Source of the DNA: Candidatus Norongarragalinales archaeon | GTDB taxonomy: Archaea > Micrarchaeota > Micrarchaeia > Norongarragalinales > Norongarragalinaceae | Direction of reading: 5' to 3' | NCBI GenBank assembly: GCA_038884755.1 | Contig: JAWABJ010000001.1 | Coordinates: forward strand, 544,001 to 608,000 | DNA length: 64,000 nucleotides | Part shown: piece after piece, positions 56,746 to 64,000 of the stretch | Layout: the number at the start of each line of letters is the position of its first letter | Position numbering within the stretch: the stretch's first letter is position 1 | The notes under the pieces: model-generated | Seen by the model: the letters and a program-made list of their open reading frames with translations, nothing else | Told to the model about the DNA's origin: nothing | Databases searched by the model: none | Made by a program: the position numbers and the translations under genes

Positions 56746-59700
56746 ATGGCTGAAGGGGGTAAAGGTGTTTTGGATTCACTGGGTGAAGCTTACGAAAATT
56801 TCGTCTCTTCACTCGAGGAAAAAGGCGTGCCTTCTCCCAGAACGCTCGTGCCAGTCGCAGCTGCGGTAATAATCATTGCAATAGCACTGGTGCTGTTGCC
56901 TTCTTTGCTCAATCCCACCACCACGATAGAGTTCAAGGTGTTGAATTCGCGGGGCGCGCCTGTTGCAGGAGCGGACGTCACTATTTACGCGGGCGAAAAG
57001 CCGTTCAACAGCCGCTCTGAGAGCGACGGGACCGTGGTTTTCGATAAAGTGCCGCAGCAGGCAGAGTACGAAGTTTCGGTAAGCGCGTTGGGATACCAGC
57101 CGAAGAAAGGCGTGGTGGAAAACAAGGGCGAGGTTTTCCTTTCAGGAAACACCGCTTCGCAAAAAAAGACTTTGAAAATCAAGGTTTTGGGCTCGGACAG
57201 GAGCACGCCAGTGGGAGAGGCGAGCGTGGTCTTGAGTTTCGACGACGGGACCAAGAGAAGCGAAGACACGGATGACTGGGGGGACGCGATTTTCGATTTG
57301 AGTGGCGTAGACAAGACAATCGCCACTGTTGAAGTAAGCAAGGAAGGTTTTAAGTCGAAAACTAAGACGGTGAACGTTGACGACGGAACGATAACCATAG
57401 ATTTGAAGGAAACGGGTGAGGGAAAGAAAAGCGAAGCACTGAACGGCGATTTCATAGTCAAAGTTTCAGGCGGCGAAGCCGAAGGCGTGGTAGTTTCCCT
57501 CGTCGACCTTTACACGCAAACCCCGATTTCAAAAACCAAAGTAGGTTCAGACAACCAGGCGGTGTTCGCACGCCTTGCATTCGGGTCAAGGTTTGCAATC
57601 AACGCTTTCGACCCTGAAGGGAGGTTTGAAACCTACGCGGGACAAGAAATGGTTTTCGAGGAAAACCTGCAGGAAGAACACATAGCGTTAATCAAAAAGG
57701 AAGGCGCGGAAGACGAGCTTGTAATAACCGTAAAAGGCAAGGACGGAGAGCGCATTGCGGGCGCCGAAGTCAAGCTTTACGACAAGACCACGCGCACGTG
57801 GTACGCCGAAGACTCGACGGACGCGAGCGGAAACGTTAGGATTGCGGTCGCAGGGAGAACCTATTATGCGACCGCGTTCAAGGAAGGCTATTTGCCCGGC
57901 TTCGCCGAAAACGCGAGGCGCGGCGACGCGAAGACCATTGAACTGGAAAAGGAAGGCGCTGACAACTCGGCCGAAGCGTCCGTCCTCGTCAAGGAAAACG
58001 GCGAGCCTCTGCCGGACGCTGAAGTGAACTTTTTCAAGGCGAACGGCTTTCCACTAGGAATTCCCACTGTTTTCACGAGCGCCGACGGTTCCGCCGTCTT
58101 CAACATGCCTTTGATTCTCGACGGGAAGAACTACAAGGCTTACGCTTCCGCTAGCGTTGGAAACAAGATTGGAAAAAGCGATTTGGTGGACATGGCGGAA
58201 GGAATTGAATTCGTCATAACAGTCCAAGCTCCTCCCGCTAACGTCACGCTGATGGCGAAAAACCTTTTGACCAATGAAAGGATTTCCAACGCGTTGTTTT
58301 CGGTCACCGATGCAGGCGAAAGCATAATCAACGACTGCTCTTCGCCATGCACAATCACGGTTCCAGCGCAAGTCGAAGTGAAAATAATCGCGAGCGCAGG
58401 CAATTACATGCAGACTACCACCGCGCCGGTTTCTTTCGAGCCAGGGGAAACGAAAACGGTGGAAGTGCTCATGTACCCGCTTTCAATTTCCAAGAAAAAT
58501 TCCCTTGCGTTCCTAGGGTTTTTCGACAATAACGGGAACAACGTGGTTGAACTGCAGAGGGCGCAAGAGTACGACGCGAAATTCATGCTGGCTTTGGGAG
58601 AGAAGGGCGACGCTTTCGCTTTCTTCCAGGCAGGCGAGTCTTCCGACGCGCTTTCCGAACCTTTCGAACTCAAGGGGTTCAAAAGCGCCTTGAAACCCAA
58701 AACCGTTTTCGCCGGAGAAAATGCGGAAAGCGTTTGCTCGCCGGAAGAAAAAACCCAGCCCGAAGCCTTGAAGTGGGTCGAGCTCGATTACACCAACCAA
58801 CTGGGTGCGGGTGAAATAGTTTTGGAAATCGCGGTTAGGCCGGACGCGCCCGCAAGGAGCGAAGTGAAAATCCTGCACAGGGCAGGCGGGTTCATCGGAG
58901 CAAACGGAATTCCATTCACCTCGCCGCAGGACGACGATTTGATAATGCAATTGCTTTCGCAAAGCTCTAAAGGCAGGAGCGTGTTCTGCAGCGCCAAAAC
59001 CGGCGTTGCAACCGCCCGCGTGCACGCAAACCCCTTGACTTGCAAGGACGGGCTGTGCAGCAGGATTATTCTCGAGCGTGAGGACGGGTTCAAGTCTTCC
59101 AACAACCTCGTCGTTCCAGTAGGCCAGCAGTTCAAAATGAATTTCGACTTGTTCGCGCCGGACGAGAGCATAGACAGCGTCGCGCTTGAAGAATCGCCTT
59201 CGTTCGAAATAATTTCCGGCAGTGCGGGAGAAGCGCATTTCGCCGAACGCACTTTCGCAGCGACGGGAACGGAAAAAACGTCGGGAAGCATAACCATGCG
59301 CGCGTTGAGGCAAACCGCTAGGGCGGCATTGAGATTGAAGGCTGGCTTCGCCAGCGAAAAACCGCCCATGACGCTCGAAAAGTCGGTTGAAATAACTGGA
59401 ACTAACTCGTTCCAAATTTCCGTCTCCCCCCAGCAGGCGGTTCTCGGCGAAAGCGTGAGGGCGCAGGCCATAGTGCTCGACTCGTTCTCCCGGCCTGTGA
59501 CTGACGCAGAAGTGAGCGTGCTGAACTGCGAAGGCTCGCCGCGCGTGTTGCAGGAAACCAGGACCGTTCTGGGAAGGAACGCGCAAGGCGAAGGCAGGGA
59601 CGGGAAATACGAATTCCGTTTTACACCGCAGACCGTCGGCAAAATCTGTTTTGAAGCCAGGGCCGACGGTTTCGAAACCAAAACAAACGAAGGCATTGAA

Positions 59701-62700
59701 GTCGGGGCGGAAGACTTTTTGACTCTTGACAAAGAGAAAATTTCTTTCGAAGGCGTTGCAAGCGAACAGACGCCTGCCGCCGTCGAAGTGAAAAGCGCTC
59801 TGAAGGGAGCGAAAATAAAAATCCAGGCTGGAGTGAACGCCGAGTGCGCGTTGCTCTTGAGCGTTGTTCCAGCAGTAAAGGAAAAAGTCGAAGACTCGGG
59901 GCAATTCAACGTGCGCCTCAACTCTTTCGACGCAATCGAGCCAACCGAATGCTCGGTTACGTTCATAGGCGAAGCCAATCCGACAACGAAAGCCACGGTA
60001 ATCCTTCCGGTTTCGATAAGCACGAGCGCGGGCCCGCCGCCAGAAGCGCAGCAGTGCGACCCCAACGCTTGCCTCACGACTTCCGAAGCGCAAAGCGCAG
60101 GCTGCTCGCCGAGAAGCGGATTCGCCTGCGAAGACCCTGCAAAAAGCTGTTTCGTGTGTGGAAGCGGGCTGGACGGCATAAGCAACATTTCGCTGAGCGT
60201 AAGCAACTTGAAGAACGACAGGCGCGTTTACCCGTTGTTTTTGGACTTCGACCCCCGCTTCAACGAAGAATTCGACTTGGTTTGGGACCAGCAAATCAAC
60301 ACCCGCCTCAACGGGCTTCCACAGCAATACCCGCAGGGAGGCGGAATGCCTTACGACGCTTGGGCCACTCAACAGTACGGCGCTTCGCCTTACTACTCCC
60401 CCAACTACCCGTTTGGAATAGGACAAGGCTACTACTCACAATACCAATACAATCCCGAATTCCAAAACCCCATTCGCACTGGAGTTCCGCCCGAACTCCT
60501 GGGTTCAACCTACCCGTTCCAGCAGACAGGATTGTTCGGCTATTCGCAAAGCCAACTTGCGATTCCCCCGCAATTCATGATGCAACAAGGTTTTGGAAGC
60601 ATATGCGGCGGTTTTGCAGGCGTTCAATGCCCGCCTGGTTTTGCTTGCGACAACTCGCTTGGAAGTGCGGGAAGGTGCGTTCCTACAGGCGGCGCTTACC
60701 CCGGACTGCAGCCGGGCCAGCCCGTAGTCCCGCCTTACTGTTATAATTACGTCTACAACTCGCAATCCGCATTCAACTACCAATACTCTCAAGTGGGGTT
60801 CAGTGCGTATACGCCTGGAGTTCCTTACGGCTTGCCTCCGCAGTGCCAATATCCGCTCGTATGCCAAAACCCGCAAGCGTGCGGGTACATTGCAGGCGGC
60901 GCGCAAGGCTTGATGAGCGGCGGAGTGCCGTTCGAATGCCAGTATCCGCAAGTGTGCAACAACCCTTCGGCATGCAGGCTGTTCGGAGGTCTAGGCGGGC
61001 AGCCGCAAGTGCAATTCAAACAAGTCGCACAGCCGTTCAGGCTTACAGTAGAATTGACTAAAGCGCAATTGGTCGTTTCAGCCGTTTACACGGGCGACGA
61101 ATACTTTTTTGCTGGCGGAAGGCCTGCGAGCGCAAGAGGGTTTTTGATAATCCGCGACTCGCGCGGCACTGAAATCAAGAGAATAGCAATTACGGTGCAA
61201 GTCGGCTATTCCGGAAGCATACCCCCACAAGGCGGATTCGGGTTGCCAGGAGGAATTCCACCTGCTGGAGTTCCGCCTTACGGGTTCCCGTCGCGCATTC
61301 CGCCCGAATGCTTTGCTTTGTTCTACCCGCAAGCTTACGGCGCTGGGCAATTCGCCTTGCCTCAAAACATGGTTGTCGCTTTCAACGCGTATACCGGAAA
61401 AGGACAGGCTGAATACTCGTTCGATGCTCCGCGCATCGGGAAAATAACTTGCCAAACGCAAACAAGCGTGAGCGATGTTTCCTGCTCGATGACTGAAAGG
61501 AAAGAAAGCGTGCAAACCGTGCAGGGAAGCCGCACGGTAAACAAAACGGTTGCCAAGCAAGTTGCGGTTTTGACGGCAAAAGCAAGCAAAGCCCGAAAGG
61601 ACGCGGAAGCACAGGGTAAAGTTTCGTTCGTCTGGAGCGTTCAAGCGCAAAACAAGATAGAACAAGATTTCGTCCTGAAGCCTGACGAGTTCAAGCCGCA
61701 AAAAATACAACTGCTGAAATTCCTGCAAAACCAGGATTCCGCATCTTTCGAAGTTGAAGTCGAGAAAGAAAACTGCGAGTTCAAAGGCGACGTCGCGAAA
61801 GTAACCTGCAACGGAACCATAAAAGCAGAGACAACCGGCAGCAAATTCGGGGAAGGCGTTCTCACAATCAAAAGCTTGAACGACAACCAAGTGAGGGAAA
61901 TTCCAGTCGTAGTTTCCAACATCGTCCAAAACACGTTCAAGATAGATTCCAGCGGAAAGGGAACGAACAAAATCACTTTCAACCCCAAGCTGGACTATGC
62001 TAAAGAAGGAGCGAAAGCTTTGGGAATAGGAATTCCAGAGTTTTTGGAAGGCGAAGGGGGGAAATGCTACAGCGTCGACGCGGCGTTGGAAAACAACGAA
62101 GTGAAGATAACCGCCGATTGCACCAACCTGGTCAAAGACAACAAACTCCCAGACTTCGTAAATTACTACGTAGTAAAACTCGAACTGCCTGAAAACGCCG
62201 GCGGAAGGGCGTATCCCATTCCTTTCATAATCTCCAACAAGCCAGTCCAATTCGACTTTACCAAACCAGTCATCATCAGCCCGACTACCGCGCCCAAAAG
62301 TTCGGAAGTAACAGTCAAAGTTTTGTACTTGATGCAAGACGACCCTGCGTTCAGGGTTGTCGAGGCAACAGGCGTTTCGAAAGACGGAAAAATCAAGAGG
62401 ATTTTGGCGAAAGCAAGCGGAAGCGAAGCAAACGCGCTTTCGTTCAAGATGGTGAACACGGAAGGCTCGATTGCAGAAGTGAAAGCTTCCACCAGAGTAA
62501 ACGGAAAAACGGTGGAGAACACAAAGAAAATCGGGCTGACCGATGAAAAAGCCGCAAGCGCACAAGGAAAGCCCGAAGAAAAACAAGCGGCCTCTTCTAC
62601 AGGCGGGGAAGAGGGTTCAGGCGGTGGAGTTTCAACAGGAAGCGAGGGCGGCGGGGCAACTGCAGTGGAATACGGAACGTGCACCGTGGAAGCTGGGAAA

Positions 62701-63816
62701 AGGACGAAAGAAACCACTAAAGACTCCAGCAGGATTCTCAACAAGGGAGTTTCCAGCGGTTTGAAAGGACAATGTGGCGACGTTTCCCAATGCACTTCAA
62801 GCGGAGGAAAGGCGTACAGCGGATTCTGTTCCGGCAGTTCAAACATTCAATGCTGCGTGGGTGGAAAAACTGGCGAGGCAACAGCAGGCCCGACTGCGCA
62901 AGGCATTCTTGAAGCGAAAATCGGAACCGGCAGGTTCGAAAACTTCAAGGAAAAAAGCGACTTCGGCACTATCGAAGACATGAACGGAAGAATCAAAATA
63001 CCGCTTTCCTTGATTCCCGAGGGAGATTTCGGGGTTGTAATGTCTTTGTACTACACCAAAAACGCGGGGCTTTACTCCGCGGGAGACAGGGCCGAAAGTG
63101 CTTACGTAAATTACAGGCGCGACAAGAAAACGTTCTACTGGAAGAGCCCGGACGGGGAAAAAATATCCGAAAGCATCAAGCTGGTCAAAACCGAAGGACA
63201 GGAATTGGTGTTCATAGACCCGGCATACGAGTTGAGCAGGCTCATTGACGAACAAGGAAAGTGGAAGGACAACGGAAAACCAGCCGAAAGCACTTACAAC
63301 GCGGAATTCAAGATTAAGAAAGGCGACGCGCTCAACGGACAGCAAATCGCTTACGCGAAAGTTGCAAAACCCGTCACCATCCACGCTGCTCCGCAGTCCG
63401 GACTGTGCGACGAACAAGAAGTCAGCTTGTACGTTCCAGGGCACGGAACCAGTGTTTATTCCTGCAAAACCAAGTCTGGCGGTTCTTACGAAATCAATCT
63501 GAAGGGGATTTGCGACGTCAACATTGCAACCAAACCCGGCATTTGGCACTACGATGCGGGGTACAACGCGTTTTTCGAAGTGAAGAAAGACGGCACTTAC
63601 AGGGACTGCTTTGCGGACTGGCAGTGGGTTTCTGAAGTTGCCGCGTGCGCGAAAGGCGTAAACCCGTGGGACGGAAGCGGCTTTAAGGAAGACCCGTTGC
63701 CCGTGCCTGCTGCAGAAACATACTGCCACGGCTTGAAAGTCTCTAAAGTAAAGTGGCTCGTCGACCGTTCTGGAGAAAAAAGCGGAATAGCGGTAAAACT
63801 CCTGATAGAGGATTGA
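56746..63816 (+). CDS. giant N-terminally anchored surface protein with tandem carboxypeptidase-regulatory-like/Ig-like beta domains and Cys-rich modules
   Basis: Single N-terminal TM; repeated V.D..G.PV.GA.V...T...G...F...KEGY/F pattern; P/Q/Y/G-rich block; CGGFAG and NIQCC motifs. Confidence 0.85.
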   Translation: MAEGGKGVLDSLGEAYENFVSSLEEKGVPSPRTLVPVAAAVIIIAIALVLLPSLLNPTTTIEFKVLNSRGAPVAGADVTIYAGEKPFNSRSESDGTVVFDKVPQQAEYEVSVSALGYQPKKGVVENKGEVFLSGNTASQKKTLKIKVLGSDRSTPVGEASVVLSFDDGTKRSEDTDDWGDAIFDLSGVDKTIATVEVSKEGFKSKTKTVNVDDGTITIDLKETGEGKKSEALNGDFIVKVSGGEAEGVVVSLVDLYTQTPISKTKVGSDNQAVFARLAFGSRFAINAFDPEGRFETYAGQEMVFEENLQEEHIALIKKEGAEDELVITVKGKDGERIAGAEVKLYDKTTRTWYAEDSTDASGNVRIAVAGRTYYATAFKEGYLPGFAENARRGDAKTIELEKEGADNSAEASVLVKENGEPLPDAEVNFFKANGFPLGIPTVFTSADGSAVFNMPLILDGKNYKAYASASVGNKIGKSDLVDMAEGIEFVITVQAPPANVTLMAKNLLTNERISNALFSVTDAGESIINDCSSPCTITVPAQVEVKIIASAGNYMQTTTAPVSFEPGETKTVEVLMYPLSISKKNSLAFLGFFDNNGNNVVELQRAQEYDAKFMLALGEKGDAFAFFQAGESSDALSEPFELKGFKSALKPKTVFAGENAESVCSPEEKTQPEALKWVELDYTNQLGAGEIVLEIAVRPDAPARSEVKILHRAGGFIGANGIPFTSPQDDDLIMQLLSQSSKGRSVFCSAKTGVATARVHANPLTCKDGLCSRIILEREDGFKSSNNLVVPVGQQFKMNFDLFAPDESIDSVALEESPSFEIISGSAGEAHFAERTFAATGTEKTSGSITMRALRQTARAALRLKAGFASEKPPMTLEKSVEITGTNSFQISVSPQQAVLGESVRAQAIVLDSFSRPVTDAEVSVLNCEGSPRVLQETRTVLGRNAQGEGRDGKYEFRFTPQTVGKICFEARADGFETKTNEGIEVGAEDFLTLDKEKISFEGVASEQTPAAVEVKSALKGAKIKIQAGVNAECALLLSVVPAVKEKVEDSGQFNVRLNSFDAIEPTECSVTFIGEANPTTKATVILPVSISTSAGPPPEAQQCDPNACLTTSEAQSAGCSPRSGFACEDPAKSCFVCGSGLDGISNISLSVSNLKNDRRVYPLFLDFDPRFNEEFDLVWDQQINTRLNGLPQQYPQGGGMPYDAWATQQYGASPYYSPNYPFGIGQGYYSQYQYNPEFQNPIRTGVPPELLGSTYPFQQTGLFGYSQSQLAIPPQFMMQQGFGSICGGFAGVQCPPGFACDNSLGSAGRCVPTGGAYPGLQPGQPVVPPYCYNYVYNSQSAFNYQYSQVGFSAYTPGVPYGLPPQCQYPLVCQNPQACGYIAGGAQGLMSGGVPFECQYPQVCNNPSACRLFGGLGGQPQVQFKQVAQPFRLTVELTKAQLVVSAVYTGDEYFFAGGRPASARGFLIIRDSRGTEIKRIAITVQVGYSGSIPPQGGFGLPGGIPPAGVPPYGFPSRIPPECFALFYPQAYGAGQFALPQNMVVAFNAYTGKGQAEYSFDAPRIGKITCQTQTSVSDVSCSMTERKESVQTVQGSRTVNKTVAKQVAVLTAKASKARKDAEAQGKVSFVWSVQAQNKIEQDFVLKPDEFKPQKIQLLKFLQNQDSASFEVEVEKENCEFKGDVAKVTCNGTIKAETTGSKFGEGVLTIKSLNDNQVREIPVVVSNIVQNTFKIDSSGKGTNKITFNPKLDYAKEGAKALGIGIPEFLEGEGGKCYSVDAALENNEVKITADCTNLVKDNKLPDFVNYYVVKLELPENAGGRAYPIPFIISNKPVQFDFTKPVIISPTTAPKSSEVTVKVLYLMQDDPAFRVVEATGVSKDGKIKRILAKASGSEANALSFKMVNTEGSIAEVKASTRVNGKTVENTKKIGLTDEKAASAQGKPEEKQAASSTGGEEGSGGGVSTGSEGGGATAVEYGTCTVEAGKRTKETTKDSSRILNKGVSSGLKGQCGDVSQCTSSGGKAYSGFCSGSSNIQCCVGGKTGEATAGPTAQGILEAKIGTGRFENFKEKSDFGTIEDMNGRIKIPLSLIPEGDFGVVMSLYYTKNAGLYSAGDRAESAYVNYRRDKKTFYWKSPDGEKISESIKLVKTEGQELVFIDPAYELSRLIDEQGKWKDNGKPAESTYNAEFKIKKGDALNGQQIAYAKVAKPVTIHAAPQSGLCDEQEVSLYVPGHGTSVYSCKTKSGGSYEINLKGICDVNIATKPGIWHYDAGYNAFFEVKKDGTYRDCFADWQWVSEVAACAKGVNPWDGSGFKEDPLPVPAAETYCHGLKVSKVKWLVDRSGEKSGIAVKLLIED

Positions 63817-63818
63817 AA

Positions 63819-64000
63819 ATGGCTTTCGAAACCCTAGCGCTCGCAGTTGTCCTTGTTTTCGCAGCCAACGCTTTTTTGTATTACCGATGGAAGGCGCTCA
63901 AGGAAATTTACGACGAAAAACAGCAGGGCAGCCGAATGGTTTTCGCCAGGGAAATGCTCGACACAGTTTACGCCACGCCATCGCACTACCGCCGCGAAGC
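63819..64000 (+). CDS. hypothetical membrane protein, 5' part (runs off the window)
   Basis: MAFETLALAVVLVFAANAFLYYRWK..., starting 2 nt after the stop of the giant ORF. Confidence 0.55.
   Translation, partial: MAFETLALAVVLVFAANAFLYYRWKALKEIYDEKQQGSRMVFAREMLDTVYATPSHYRRE

Overview
This is archaeal DNA, most consistent with a DPANN lineage (Micrarchaeota/Diapherotrites-like, inferred from protein signatures and not from a phylogeny). The window has four blocks. (1) Positions 1-23.8 kb hold a large minus-strand translation supercluster: rpoP, uL3 through uL15, secY, eL30, nusA, uS12, uS7, EF-2, EF-1A and uS10. Three unrelated genes interrupt it between EF-2 and EF-1A. (2) There are three intron-containing tRNA genes (Thr-GGT, Leu-TAA, Thr-TGT). 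Their introns share a T-run/A-run hairpin plus an (CC)TTGG-AAAAGAAAGAAA-type motif, which also recurs in r-protein intergenic spacers. (3) A ~11.9 kb element is integrated at the 3' end of tRNA-Leu, bounded by an 11-bp direct repeat (24116-24126 and 36033-36043). It encodes a 1032-aa tyrosine-recombinase/Zn-ribbon/VirB4-like ATPase/PD-(D/E)xK fusion, an AbrB regulator, a minimal histone, Orc1/Cdc6, and a type I R-M system whose HsdM carries an N-terminal wHTH. (4) Positions 36-64 kb form a cell-surface locus: a secreted lysozyme-fold (GH73-like) protein, a 1367-aa secreted protein with a C-terminal sorting-like tail, six pilin-like genes with a platform protein and assembly ATPase, LeuRS, an archaeosortase/exosortase, a seventh pilin-like protein, and a 2356-aa surface protein with Cys-rich modules. 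No CRISPR array or rRNA gene was seen. All assignments come from motif reading by eye, with no database searches. Several starts were moved downstream of the ORF-track start using SD motifs and homology.
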